Virus record (IMG/VR): IMGVR_UViG_3300017766_005490 | Coordinates: 1 to 56,021 of that record | DNA from: a virus | Taxonomy: Duplodnaviria; Caudoviricetes | Direction: 5' to 3' (one strand) | Length of the DNA stretch: 56,021 bases | Shown: positions 17,588 through 27,489 of the stretch, in pieces | How the letters are laid out: each line of letters begins with the position of its first letter | Numbering within the stretch: the stretch's first letter is position 1 | Notes under the pieces: model-generated | What the model saw: only the letters and a program-made list of their open reading frames with translations | Told to the model about the DNA's origin: nothing | Database searches by the model: none | Program-made: the position numbers and the translations under genes

Positions 17588-20140
17588 TCAAACATTAGGC
17601 ATTACCCCTTGTTTTTGTATTAAAGTTTCAAGCGCGTTTTTCTCTTTTAAAGCCGAATCCCTTTCCTTGGCCGCAAAATCCAACTCCATTTTTTTATTAC
17701 TCAACTCGCCCTTAAGTGCTTCAACTTCCATCTTGAGGTTAAGTTCTTTTTCCTTTTGGGCAGATTCCATTTCAAGTTTAAGCTTTTGAAATTCAAGCTT
17801 CATAACTTCAAGCTCAAGTTCTTTTTCTGTTTTTTCAGCTTCAAAAGACAATTTTTGCTGAGCACTTTCGGCTTTTAAACGCGCATCTTCAAGCATGGCT
17901 GTACCAGGGTCAACGGGCTGAGGCGTTGGGTTTTGCTCTTGTTGACGTTTTTGCTCTTCCAGCACAATTTGAGCTGCTACCATAGCCACATGATTTTGCT
18001 CATCGGGCGTTAACTCTTCTATGTTTTCAGGCAATTGAATTTGCATTTTAGCTTGCATTTCAAGAAGATAATTCATTGATTCATGCTCTTTAATGTGAGC
18101 TTGGATAGCGGCTAAAATTTGTTGGTCTTGATTTGGATCAGCTAAAATCTGTTGATGAACGGTTATATGTGCAGAATGATCTTGGAACACAAAAGCTTTT
18201 AAAGGTTTGCCTAGAAACGAATTAGCGTTTTCTGTAACAGGATCAGTTGGAATAGTTTGTTCTTCCTGAGGAGGTTCAGGTAATAAAATTTTATCTATTT
18301 CTTCTTGAGAAACGCCTAAGTTTTTATAAAACATCAAAAGCGCATTTCTTAAATTGTGCAGTTGCGGGCTTTCCATTGCTCGATTAAGCAAAATTTCTGA
18401 CAACATAAGTTTATATGTTGAATTCTGCATGGATGGATCAGATGATGGGAAAATTTGGTATTTTGGGCTAAAGTCTTCCCTCATGACCACATGTTCGCCA
18501 CCTGGCACTAAAAACGGGTAAACTTGATCATCCGTCATCCATTCATAAAATCGTTCTTTAAACAATTTTAATTCTTGAGCAAATGAAAAATGAAAACCTT
18601 GCAGAATTAAGTTTGGTACCCGTTGTAATGATTCAAGAATAGCTAGAACTGAACCTGTAGGGGCGCGTGGGGCCATTTCAGAAATGGTATTATTAATGAT
18701 TCCAACTGGTGCTTTGATTGACTCTTCCAAAGAATTCTTAAGGTCCAAGACCATTGGCGAAACATCACGGTATGGCAAAGAACTTAACACTTGATCAATG
18801 GGCACACCACCTGTTGATAATGGCACATACTGCCCAGGTTGGGGGGTAATTGTATTATTGTCCACACGCGTGCCAGCAGCGTACACACCTGCGGGGAATG
18901 AAGCATACGTACTACTTTTTATAATTAAACGAGTTAAAGCAGTGGCAGCTTGCGCAGATGAACCGCCATAATGCATGATTCCATAACCTTCACCGTCTAA
19001 ACTTGGGAAGAAAGAATAATTAGCAAAAAATTCACGTGCTTTTTTATTTGGATCTTCTTTCTTCCAATTTCTTTCAACTCTGACGACATTTCCTGTGGCA
19101 GAATCTAAAGTAATTATATAAGGCAATGACCTTTGTTCACGATTTAATCGATCACTTTTGATTAAAAATAAGCAATGACATTCAAAAAGAATGTAACCAC
19201 CGTTATAAGTTCCGTCACTATCTTCAACGGGATCAATTCCGCTGACATGGTCTAAAATCTCTTGGATTTGATTATTGTCATTATCAATTTTTAAACTGTC
19301 TTGAAACTCAACTGTCCAATTTTTTGAATAAAATCCCATATCAACTTGCATGTTAAAATCTCTTTCAAGAATTCTTAAAACATGCGTTTTCCTAGGCGAA
19401 GCGTGATGGGTTGAATAATCGCGATTTAAAATGAAATCTTCTGGCCGAATGAAACGAGACGTTGGAGTATCCCGTATGGGATCGATATAAACTTTTCTGT
19501 AGGCACTTCCTGTTAAATTTGCCCAAAAAAGCGTACGAATCATATCTTTTCGAAAATCTGGTATTTCTTCATTCAAATAAAAATCATAAAAATACCCTTG
19601 CCTCAATGCGCATTCATCTAATCGCTCAGTAGATTGACCATATACAACGGATTTAGCAATATCTTGAGAAGGCAACAATACCGCGACAGCTGTTGCAATG
19701 GAATGGCAATTTGTCTCAAACAAAGTTGTTGAATAGACATTTACAGTTGCAGGATCGGGTGATTCATTTTTTCCTAAACTAATACCAAGCAATTTAATGA
19801 TATCAGCAATAGCTTTTCTGTAAGGTTCTTGCGTTTTATCATCTTTTTTAATTAAATCGCATAATATATTGCCAATGTTACGAATTTCATTGGGGTCTAA
19901 TTGGTCAATAATATTACCGTAAAATTCCCCTGAATTCTTTTCCGCCACAGGCAATTGGTTTGGTTCAAAAATAGCTGATCCGTCTTCAAAATGCTTAAGA
20001 ACCATTCCATTAGGCAATTCTTGCTGATTAAATCCATCAACAGGCGCTTTATATTGCCCAACAGAATTAAATAAACTTTTCTTATACTCATTTATTGGAT
20101 TAATTGGCTCTATATCAATAGTGTTACCAGTATTTAACAT
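17588..20140 (-). CDS. Portal protein (start uncertain: 20140, 20155 or 20194)
   Basis: About 850 aa directly after TerL; GSAYRKVY.DP, FI.PED, G.GYG..H, LPY, SDP, DPV.EN and AF..QDH.AHI..H motifs; coiled-coil tail. Confidence 0.88.
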   Translation of the reverse strand: MLNTGNTIDIEPINPINEYKKSLFNSVGQYKAPVDGFNQQELPNGMVLKHFEDGSAIFEPNQLPVAEKNSGEFYGNIIDQLDPNEIRNIGNILCDLIKKDDKTQEPYRKAIADIIKLLGISLGKNESPDPATVNVYSTTLFETNCHSIATAVAVLLPSQDIAKSVVYGQSTERLDECALRQGYFYDFYLNEEIPDFRKDMIRTLFWANLTGSAYRKVYIDPIRDTPTSRFIRPEDFILNRDYSTHHASPRKTHVLRILERDFNMQVDMGFYSKNWTVEFQDSLKIDNDNNQIQEILDHVSGIDPVEDSDGTYNGGYILFECHCLFLIKSDRLNREQRSLPYIITLDSATGNVVRVERNWKKEDPNKKAREFFANYSFFPSLDGEGYGIMHYGGSSAQAATALTRLIIKSSTYASFPAGVYAAGTRVDNNTITPQPGQYVPLSTGGVPIDQVLSSLPYRDVSPMVLDLKNSLEESIKAPVGIINNTISEMAPRAPTGSVLAILESLQRVPNLILQGFHFSFAQELKLFKERFYEWMTDDQVYPFLVPGGEHVVMREDFSPKYQIFPSSDPSMQNSTYKLMLSEILLNRAMESPQLHNLRNALLMFYKNLGVSQEEIDKILLPEPPQEEQTIPTDPVTENANSFLGKPLKAFVFQDHSAHITVHQQILADPNQDQQILAAIQAHIKEHESMNYLLEMQAKMQIQLPENIEELTPDEQNHVAMVAAQIVLEEQKRQQEQNPTPQPVDPGTAMLEDARLKAESAQQKLSFEAEKTEKELELEVMKLEFQKLKLEMESAQKEKELNLKMEVEALKGELSNKKMELDFAAKERDSALKEKNALETLIQKQGVMPNV

Positions 20141-21752
20141 CTTCTTTGTATCCATTATTGGTAAAAATAGGGTCAAAACGATTAATGAGCTCACCAGTTT
20201 GCTTAAGACGAATCAAAGCCTGGCTCATTGTATCAATAAGATCATTAGCGTCTGTATTTGGAAATAACATTGCGCAATCAAGAAATAATTGTGCGCTTTC
20301 GGTTAAGTAGTAATTGCCAGGGCTTTCGGTTTGAAGCCACACTAAGCCATTTTCTATCAAATGTGACACATGGCGGCAGCGGGCAACTTTGTCACCGTAT
20401 TTGCCTGGATCAAATTTCATAACAGGCAACCCTGCTTCGAACAGGTCATTAAATAAAGTATATCCGCTTACTTTAGCTTCAATTAAAATGATATCAGGTT
20501 TATTTTTATAGCCACGTGGGTAAGGATCATCAATATCCGTATCATCGTAATTTTGGGCCAATCGCCATGCCATTTTACGAAGTTCTGGGTATTCTAACCG
20601 CCCCCGAAACACAGACAAAAGCATTAAATGTCGCTGCCCTCGGTCTCCTTCAAAAACGCCCCAGGTGGTTGCGGCTGAATAGCAAGACATTTTAGAAGTG
20701 GTTAAAGCGGTATCCCACGATTGGATAATGTACTTAAATTCAGGTAAGTAATTTTCCCGCCATAGATTAAACCAAGATTTCTGTAGAATGCCGCCATCTT
20801 TAGGTGAAGGGCGCATCTGAAGTTGCCCTGCAATGCGGTAACTATCATGTTTAAACTCATCTTTAAGCGCGGCTAATTCTTTAGGTCCAATACCTTCAGG
20901 CCACAACAATTCTCCTTCTTTTGTTCTGGGATCCATCCAAGGCGTTTCATCATCTTTTAAAGGAATCGTAATACAGCGCGTGTCTTCTTCAAATTCCATG
21001 GGGAGGGACAAATGCACCCAATCCGTATTTTTCATAAGTACATGACCGCTTAAATCGCTAATATGAGTTCTTTGTTGAGTGATTAAACGGCGCCCTGTTT
21101 TAAAATCGCAAAAGCGCGTAGGCATCACCGAATCGTACCATTCATTAGTAGATTCACGGATAATTGAGCTTTCAATGTCCCGAATATTGTTCGGATCATC
21201 ACAGATCTGAAAGTCGCCGCCACTTCCTGTGTTAGCACCATCAACGGATGAGCAAATACGATAACCGTTTTTGTTGTTGTCAAATTTTAATTTATTATTG
21301 ACATCGGCCATTAATTGAAAACGGTTGCCCCACCGTTCTTGATACCAATTGGATTGAATCAAACGCCGTGTAGCTACAGAATCGCGCGTAGACAAGCTTT
21401 GTGAGTATGATGTGTACAAAAATCGTAAATTAGGTTTATTTGCCCACACCCATGAGGGGTACAAAACTGAGCAGATAGACGATTTCCCCACGCGAGGCGG
21501 GCAATTGATGATAAGATTACGGATTTCTAAATTATATAAGGCTTCCAAGTGTTCAGCCATAGCTTGAACATGCCAGCCATCTTTAAAAGGCCTGCCGTCT
21601 ATCCAAATCCAAGCAGCTTTGATAAATTCATAAAAGCTGTTTTCCAAACGCGCACATTCTTCTAGAATTTCATCGTCTTTGTTTGATGAAAACCAATTTT
21701 TGGAAGTTTCGCACAAATTGACCGTGCGCTTTAAAAGATTTTTTGCGTACAT
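20124..21752 (-). CDS. terL: Terminase large subunit
   Basis: LIINCPPRVGKS Walker A, ICDDP Walker B, QQRTH..DLSG, QSWDTA, IEAK.SG and DLIDTMSQAL nuclease motifs. Confidence 0.95.
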   Translation of the reverse strand: MYAKNLLKRTVNLCETSKNWFSSNKDDEILEECARLENSFYEFIKAAWIWIDGRPFKDGWHVQAMAEHLEALYNLEIRNLIINCPPRVGKSSICSVLYPSWVWANKPNLRFLYTSYSQSLSTRDSVATRRLIQSNWYQERWGNRFQLMADVNNKLKFDNNKNGYRICSSVDGANTGSGGDFQICDDPNNIRDIESSIIRESTNEWYDSVMPTRFCDFKTGRRLITQQRTHISDLSGHVLMKNTDWVHLSLPMEFEEDTRCITIPLKDDETPWMDPRTKEGELLWPEGIGPKELAALKDEFKHDSYRIAGQLQMRPSPKDGGILQKSWFNLWRENYLPEFKYIIQSWDTALTTSKMSCYSAATTWGVFEGDRGQRHLMLLSVFRGRLEYPELRKMAWRLAQNYDDTDIDDPYPRGYKNKPDIILIEAKVSGYTLFNDLFEAGLPVMKFDPGKYGDKVARCRHVSHLIENGLVWLQTESPGNYYLTESAQLFLDCAMLFPNTDANDLIDTMSQALIRLKQTGELINRFDPIFTNNGYKEDVKYW

Positions 21753-21820
21753 GCGTTAATTGTACGCAATTTTTACGTAAAGTAAACAGTGTTTACGTAA
21801 TTAAAACAATTTTTTTACCG

Positions 21821-22081
21821 TTATTCTAAATCTTTTGAAGAAATGTCTGGAAATTTAAACTTTTTCATAAAAAAATGATACGTAAAAAAACCAAGCGTAA
21901 AATGAAACAAAGTATTAATCAAAATACTTAATGTCTCACTTGAATTAAAAACATTAAAAATGTATAACAAGTTATAAACCACAACAATAAAGGCAATATA
22001 CCTAAAATAAAGGGCCTTTAATCGCCAGTTAAAATTATTCTTTTCTGCGCAATAAATTGTATGTATTTTCAATTCATCCAT
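21821..22081 (-). CDS. Small two-TM membrane protein
   Basis: Two hydrophobic segments. Confidence 0.5.
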   Translation of the reverse strand: MDELKIHTIYCAEKNNFNWRLKALYFRYIAFIVVVYNLLYIFNVFNSSETLSILINTLFHFTLGFFTYHFFMKKFKFPDISSKDLE

Positions 22082-22083
22082 AA

Positions 22084-22308
22084 TTAACCTGCTTTTTTGG
22101 ACATTTCTTTTGCAGCAGTTTGAGCTTGCTCAACGTGTATTTGTTGCGCAATTGAATCAATTTTTAACTTTAAATAATAATAATCATTTAAAATATTTTC
22201 AAAAACTTCTAGCTTTTTGTTCATTGACTTAAGACAGCTCAATGCGTAAAAATTACGTATGGCTGACGTAATCAAAGCGGCTGACAAAATGATATTCAAA
22301 GTGTCCAT
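22084..22308 (-). CDS. Hypothetical protein (N-terminal TM plus coiled coil)
   Basis: Coupled ORF in a tight operon. Confidence 0.5.
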   Translation of the reverse strand: MDTLNIILSAALITSAIRNFYALSCLKSMNKKLEVFENILNDYYYLKLKIDSIAQQIHVEQAQTAAKEMSKKAG

Positions 22309-22628
22309 TACTTTCTCTTCTTTTTTGGTTTGGCTTGTTTTTTGGGATTAGGCTTTGGGGAGGGCACAGATCCATTATGTTTAAAAAAATTAAATTCATC
22401 TATTAATTTGTCTTGCTCGGCTATTAATTCTTCTTGATCCCGAATAAGTTTTTCAAGAGACGATATAAATTTTTCTTGATCAATTATAATCTGGCGCTGA
22501 CTTAAATTGCTTTTTCCAAGTTTTTTAATTAAAACTTCTTTATAAATAAAAACGTTAATAAAAATAAATAAAATATAATATATATAGTTATCGTCCAAAT
22601 AATTAAAAATATCATCAACCATCATCAT
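22308..22628 (-). CDS. Hypothetical protein (TM, coiled coil, basic tail)
   Basis: Coupled ORF. Confidence 0.5.
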   Translation of the reverse strand: MMMVDDIFNYLDDNYIYYILFIFINVFIYKEVLIKKLGKSNLSQRQIIIDQEKFISSLEKLIRDQEELIAEQDKLIDEFNFFKHNGSVPSPKPNPKKQAKPKKKRK

Positions 22629-22821
22629 TAACCTTCATGTAAATATTCTTGTTATCTATACTTAATCTTGCCAAATATTTGTTTATTAAAACTCTGATAG
22701 ATTCTAAATGATTTTTGTGGTCTTCAGCCTTTTCTGAACTAATTTCAGCGTGCCGAGCCATATTCTCAATTTCATTAAGAGCTTTTCTAATTTCTTTAAA
22801 CCACAAAAAAAGCTCAATCAT
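22615..22821 (-). CDS. Hypothetical protein
   Basis: Coupled ORF. Confidence 0.45.
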   Translation of the reverse strand: MIELFLWFKEIRKALNEIENMARHAEISSEKAEDHKNHLESIRVLINKYLARLSIDNKNIYMKVNDDG

Positions 22822-22838
22822 TTAATTTACTCTCAAAA

Positions 22839-23093
22839 TCAGCTAACCCATTCATACGCAACCCCTATTCTTTTCTCAGAACCCAATCTTTTTTTAATCT
22901 TTTTTTGAACAAAAACCTCGGCTTCATCCCAAGTTTCAAAGGAAACAACTTTACTTTGCCCTTTACTTCCAAATCTTCCCCATCCTATAATAACGCAAAC
23001 GGAATTAAACAATCCCTTAAGTATTGCAACCTCGTATACCCTATCTATATTAAGAGCTATACTTCTTGCACGTAATTTTCTTACATTATGCAT
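22839..23093 (-). CDS. WGR-domain protein
   Basis: R.YE.....LF....IIGWGRFGSKGQ.K...F....EA and KKR motifs. Confidence 0.75.
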   Translation of the reverse strand: MHNVRKLRARSIALNIDRVYEVAILKGLFNSVCVIIGWGRFGSKGQSKVVSFETWDEAEVFVQKKIKKRLGSEKRIGVAYEWVS

Positions 23094-23374
23094 AAAAAAA
23101 GATTCATTTTATTGATGATTAAAGGTAAAAAAAGTTACCGAATCAAAGTTTTGACACATTATATATGGCCTTAATTATTTTTTTTTATCAAAATAGAAAA
23201 ATTGATTAATCGCACTTTAATATATGCGGTCAATTTTTGTCAACTTTTTTTGCGTTGCGAAAACCGCAAAGCAGCTTTGTGAAAATAGCTCTTGAAAAAT
23301 GAGATAATTATTGTTACCTTAATTTCAGAAAGCGGGTAACTGTTTTTCTAAAAAAACTAAAAGGAGACTAAAAA

Positions 23375-24271
23375 ATGAATAGATTAAAAATTGATACAGC
23401 AGAACAATTTATTGAATTGTGGATCAAAAAAACAAGAAAAAAAGGATGGGTAAATTTTAAAAATTGTGTTTTCAAGAGTATAGACTTTTCCACAATTACT
23501 AAAAAAGCAATTGAAAAGCTAATAAAATTGAGCCTACAAGATTTGGACGAATTGCTATTACATGAAGACAAATCAAGAATTATGGGCATTAATTTCTCAG
23601 GATCAACTTTTGAAAATTGCAATTTCTTGAAAAGTGATTTGAATAGTTCAATTTTTGATAAAACAACCATAATTAATTGCAATTTTAATGAAGCATCTTT
23701 AAATTATACAACCTGGAATAAATCAAAAATTTGTGAGAACTCAACTTTTTTGTCAATTGATTGCTATAATACTTATCACGAAGAAAGCTTACATTTGCTT
23801 ATGAAAAGCTTAGCAAAAAACGACAGCATCGGATTGAAAAACAGAAATTTTAGTGTTCGTTTAAATTTTTTTTCCCTCTGGCAAAATATAAGCCATTGGG
23901 ATAAGAAAAATTCAGTCAGAGTATATGTTAATTATAAAAATTCAAATTATGTTTGGGACCACGAAAGCGCAAGCAAATTCATTGAATCATGCCTTTTAGG
24001 ACTGCCCCAGCCTGGCATGACTTTTTATAACAAAGAAAATGAATTGTGGGTAATTGACGGAAACAAGCGACTCAAAACTATTGTTGATTTTCTATTTAAC
24101 AAATTTACGTTAAAAAACGTTCAGGAAAAATGGGAAGGAAAAAATTTTTATGATTTAAGTAATAACGATTGTAAAAAAATTATGGCTGAAACGTTATTGG
24201 ACGTAACTATTTTACTGGAAAGTCAAATTGAAGAGATTAGTGAAGAGGGGCAGGGAACAATTCACGGCTAA
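23375..24271 (+). CDS. Pentapeptide-repeat plus degenerate DUF262 (GmrSD-N/ParB-like) fusion
   Basis: INFSG STFEN CNFLK SDLNS SIFDK repeats, then YVW....SKFIES.LLGLP.P and VIDGNKRL.TI..F motifs; AAGGAG RBS. Confidence 0.7.
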   Translation: MNRLKIDTAEQFIELWIKKTRKKGWVNFKNCVFKSIDFSTITKKAIEKLIKLSLQDLDELLLHEDKSRIMGINFSGSTFENCNFLKSDLNSSIFDKTTIINCNFNEASLNYTTWNKSKICENSTFLSIDCYNTYHEESLHLLMKSLAKNDSIGLKNRNFSVRLNFFSLWQNISHWDKKNSVRVYVNYKNSNYVWDHESASKFIESCLLGLPQPGMTFYNKENELWVIDGNKRLKTIVDFLFNKFTLKNVQEKWEGKNFYDLSNNDCKKIMAETLLDVTILLESQIEEISEEGQGTIHG

Positions 24272-24294
24272 AATGGTAATAAGCTGCTTAACCC

Positions 24295-24352
24295 AACCCA
24301 GGGGGCGATATGCCCCCCATACAACAAACTAAACAAAAAGGGATATAAAATG
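24295..24352 (+). repeat. Cassette-boundary element 1 (GGGGG/CCCCC hairpin, ACAAC, RBS, ATGAC)
   Basis: Similar to elements at 25453 and 27072. Confidence 0.75.
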
Positions 24353-24553
24353 ACAACTACAGCTAAAAAAGACTACTGGGAAAAGATTTATGAAATTTCT
24401 GGAGTGGTTGAGGATGAATCAGGCTCAGACGATGACAGCGGCGATATTGTCGACTATCAAGCGGAATACGAGCGTGGGCAGAAAATTATTGCGGCCATGA
24501 AGCTAATCGGCTACCCCCCCGCGTATATCGTCAAAGAAAGCCGATATAACTAA
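24350..24553 (+). CDS. Small acidic protein
   Basis: EDESGSDDDSGD segment; follows element 1. Confidence 0.65.
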   Translation: MTTTAKKDYWEKIYEISGVVEDESGSDDDSGDIVDYQAEYERGQKIIAAMKLIGYPPAYIVKESRYN

Positions 24554-24572
24554 CTAAACAGGAGCAAAAAAG

Positions 24573-25457
24573 ATGACTACACCATTTACTACAAAACTTT
24601 TGACAGAAAAAGACATTATTAATCAATTAAATGAGAATTGTAATGATATTACGTTTGAAAACGCTTTAATCACAAATCAATGTTTTTCTAACCGTTTGTG
24701 CAATGTCCTTTTTTTTGAAAACGTTGAATTTGAAAACGTAACTTTTAAAACCAATTTTTTACACTATATCTATTTCGACAGATGCACGTTTAAAAACTGC
24801 AGAACAGAGGATAGCCTTAAAATTACTTATAACCTAGATGAGTTTGATTTAGAAAAAATTCAAGCTGAAGGTAGCGCGACGTTTAGAGATTGCGTATTTG
24901 ATAATTTTACCTGGACATTATTTCAACCCATGCAAAACGATTTCAGAAATTGCCTAATAACTAACAAATCAGATTTTAATTTAATAAACCTGGTTTATGG
25001 TGAGTTCTCTAAATGCAAAATTGAAAATAGCATATTTACCCCCAAGCTTTATCATTCTCAAAATGGCAATGAACAAGAAGGAAAAAGCATTTTTGAAGAC
25101 AATACTATAATTAATTGCGATTTAGTTGGCATTGAACTTGCCAGCGCAAACTGTAATGAATTTATAAATTGTAAAATAGAGGAATTCTTTGCCCCCCCCT
25201 ATTTTAAAAACAATCTTTTTACCGACATTAAAAGCATGAGAATTTATTTCAACGAAGCTCGCAGTACTAATTTTTACACCAACGTATCGTTTGAATATTC
25301 AGACTTTACTAACGCTACTTTATCCAGAAGCCTTTTTAAAAACTGCGATTTATCAAGTGACACAAACTGTTTAATAAACGCTACTTTTTCTTTGGAAGAC
25401 AAAGATGAAATCAAACTAACGGATAAACAGCTAGCAACAGACGTTATTTTTATTTAA
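24573..25457 (+). CDS. Pentapeptide-repeat-like protein
   Basis: 5-residue F/L periodicity (VSFEY SDFTN ATLSR SLFKN CDLSS); AGGAG RBS. Confidence 0.75.
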   Translation: MTTPFTTKLLTEKDIINQLNENCNDITFENALITNQCFSNRLCNVLFFENVEFENVTFKTNFLHYIYFDRCTFKNCRTEDSLKITYNLDEFDLEKIQAEGSATFRDCVFDNFTWTLFQPMQNDFRNCLITNKSDFNLINLVYGEFSKCKIENSIFTPKLYHSQNGNEQEGKSIFEDNTIINCDLVGIELASANCNEFINCKIEEFFAPPYFKNNLFTDIKSMRIYFNEARSTNFYTNVSFEYSDFTNATLSRSLFKNCDLSSDTNCLINATFSLEDKDEIKLTDKQLATDVIFI

Positions 25458-25518
25458 CCCCAGGGGGCCATTGCGCCCCCTCCACACAACAAACTAAACT
25501 AAAAGGAAAACTAAAATG
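25453..25518 (+). repeat. Cassette-boundary element 2
   Basis: TTTAACCCCAGGGGGCCATTGCGCCCCCTCCACACAAC...AAAAGGAAAACTAAAATG. Confidence 0.8.
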
Positions 25519-25674
25519 ACCAATTCAAATTATGATCCAACCCAAGAGTACTTAGACATTCTGCTGAACAATTTTAATTATTCAGGCGATGAAATTAATA
25601 TAGACGACTGGATAGATTACCTAATTAAAGACGAGAAAGAGCTTTTAATACAAAGCGAATTAAAAGGTGATTAA
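25516..25674 (+). CDS. 52-aa highly acidic protein (not in the ORF track)
   Basis: MTNSNYDPTQEYLDILLNNFNYSGDEINIDDWIDYLIKDEKELLIQSELKGD, with AAGGA RBS inside element 2. Confidence 0.65.
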   Translation: MTNSNYDPTQEYLDILLNNFNYSGDEINIDDWIDYLIKDEKELLIQSELKGD

Positions 25675-25675
25675 A

Positions 25676-26020
25676 ATGGACTTTTTCAAAAGTAAAGATG
25701 AAGCTATTCCAGCGCACATACAAATGGCGCAAGACTCTGCGCAATATGAAATTTTTAAAACCTTAGAGTTTTACGAGAATCAAAGCCAGATAGAACAACG
25801 CAATTATAGCTTACCCCCAGCAGAAGCTGCATACAACGCGTTTTGCTGGGCAGAAGAAATCAAAGCGATTCATCAATTAAAATGGCTTGTGCAAAGCGAT
25901 GATACAATCTTTAGAAAGCTAATTGTGCTGTGGCGCCGATCAAAAAATAGCCCATCTTTTTTGGGTTACTTGGAAAACTTTTTTTTGATTCAGGAACAGG
26001 AACCTGGAAAAAAGTTCTAG
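25676..26020 (+). CDS. Hypothetical protein (start MDFFKSK)
   Basis: AAGGTG RBS; follows the 52-aa ORF. Confidence 0.6.
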   Translation: MDFFKSKDEAIPAHIQMAQDSAQYEIFKTLEFYENQSQIEQRNYSLPPAEAAYNAFCWAEEIKAIHQLKWLVQSDDTIFRKLIVLWRRSKNSPSFLGYLENFFLIQEQEPGKKF

Positions 26021-26105
26021 AAATTTACCCAAAAAAATTGAGCGGCTCTAATTTGAAAATGATAGCAAAAATAATAGATGATAATTACTACTACGGAGAA
26101 TAATA

Positions 26106-26207
26106 ATGAACGACGATAAGGGATATAGAGACTTAAAAATACTTATGTGGCTTAATTTGATAACTTTTGTTTTAGTAATATTGTACATGTACAAAGCGGG
26201 GTATTAG
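26106..26207 (+). CDS. 33-aa single-TM peptide (not in the ORF track)
   Basis: GGAG RBS; MNDDKGYRDLKILMWLNLITFVLVILYMYKAGY; stop lies 2 nt before the next gene. Confidence 0.5.
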   Translation: MNDDKGYRDLKILMWLNLITFVLVILYMYKAGY

Positions 26208-26209
26208 TT

Positions 26210-27076
26210 ATGAGTATTAAAAAATTATTTACAAAAGAAGATATTCTTAACGAGCTAAAGACTTCAGGTAATGATTTTTACGAGAATTCGGAGCTGTACG
26301 AATTTGAAAAATTATTTATCTGTAAAAAATGTTTTTTTGTTTTTGAAGATTTAAGGCACTCTTTAGGATTTACAGAATCTCAGTTTGATAACGTAAATTT
26401 TAATAAAGACTTTTTTAGAAAAAATTTTTTTTACAAATGTGCTTTGATAGACTGCTCGGTTTTAGAGAAAACGCGCGCTATAAATCAGGTAATTGAGCCT
26501 GCCGGTAAAGTATATTTTCGCGATTGTTTTCTAAACAATTTTTTATGGGAAGGAAAGTTAATAGAAACTGTTGTTTTTCACAATTCAACTTTAGTTGATT
26601 CGACACTTGCTTTTTCTGGCACTAACATGCTATCAATTTTTTCCTGTACTTTCTTCAATTCAATTTTTAAAGAGGAAAACGAATCCGTTACGCAAGGAAA
26701 GCTTACGAAAGCCTCAATTATTAATTCGTCATTCACAAATTGTAACATAACAGAACTTGAAATTTCAAATAAAGCAAATTTTTATAACAATACTTTTATC
26801 AACTGTTCCAACCAATACTTATGCTTATCAAATTACGAAAACAACAATTTTATAAATATGATTTTAAAATATTCAATAGCTAAGGAAATTTGTTCGAATA
26901 CTTTTGTGAACGTAATTTTTAGCGAAGTTTGTTTGGAAAACTGTAATATGTCTGGCAGCATTTTTAGAAACTGCAATTTAACAACCTCCTCAGTTTACGG
27001 ACTTACTCTGCCCGAGGCATATAAAAACGAGATTAGGCTTACTGACGAGCAGTTAAAGCACGTCACGTTTGTTTAA
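26210..27076 (+). CDS. Pentapeptide-repeat-like protein, paralog of 24573..25457
   Basis: Shared N-terminus (KL.T..DI.N.L) and C-terminus (K.EI.LTD.QL). Confidence 0.75.
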   Translation: MSIKKLFTKEDILNELKTSGNDFYENSELYEFEKLFICKKCFFVFEDLRHSLGFTESQFDNVNFNKDFFRKNFFYKCALIDCSVLEKTRAINQVIEPAGKVYFRDCFLNNFLWEGKLIETVVFHNSTLVDSTLAFSGTNMLSIFSCTFFNSIFKEENESVTQGKLTKASIINSSFTNCNITELEISNKANFYNNTFINCSNQYLCLSNYENNNFINMILKYSIAKEICSNTFVNVIFSEVCLENCNMSGSIFRNCNLTTSSVYGLTLPEAYKNEIRLTDEQLKHVTFV

Positions 27077-27132
27077 CCCCAGGGGGTCATTGCGCCCCCT
27101 CCACACAACTAATTAAAAGGAAAACTAAAATG
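27072..27132 (+). repeat. Cassette-boundary element 3
   Basis: TTTAACCCCAGGGGGTCATTGCGCCCCCTCCACACAAC...AAAAGGAAAACTAAAATG. Confidence 0.8.
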
Positions 27133-27444
27133 ACAACCTTAACCATTAAAAAACTTCCCGCTAAAGTTCCAATTGTTTTTATGCCCATGGACTCAAAAGG
27201 TTATTCCTGGCAAGCGTATATTTATACCGACGAGATTAAAAGCTGGGTTGAAGATCAGATCCAAAAACTAAAGATTTCTCCTTTTTTTGCACCTAAGGAA
27301 AATTTAGTTTCAGAAATTGTTCAAGAGATTGAAAGAAAGGGCAAAATTTTAGATAACTTAAAAAGAACCTCAACCCCCCCGCAAAATGACATCAAAAGAC
27401 TTGAAGCTTTTATTGATTCTTTAATTCTATTTATTTTTGGCTAA
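27130..27444 (+). CDS. Hypothetical protein
   Basis: Starts MTT from the RBS in element 3. Confidence 0.65.
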   Translation: MTTLTIKKLPAKVPIVFMPMDSKGYSWQAYIYTDEIKSWVEDQIQKLKISPFFAPKENLVSEIVQEIERKGKILDNLKRTSTPPQNDIKRLEAFIDSLILFIFG

Positions 27445-27459
27445 TTTTTAAAACAAACT

Positions 27460-27489
27460 CAAACGCCATTCAGGGATAAATGGCGTTTG
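27460..27489. terminator. Hairpin between convergent operons
   Basis: CAAACGCCATT/AATGGCGTTTG. Confidence 0.55.

Noticed and set aside
24295-27132. Hairpin repeats as a CRISPR array or integron attC sites
   Set aside because: They are 1.2-1.6 kb apart with whole genes between them; no cas or integron integrase gene; no RYYYAAC/GTTRRRY ends
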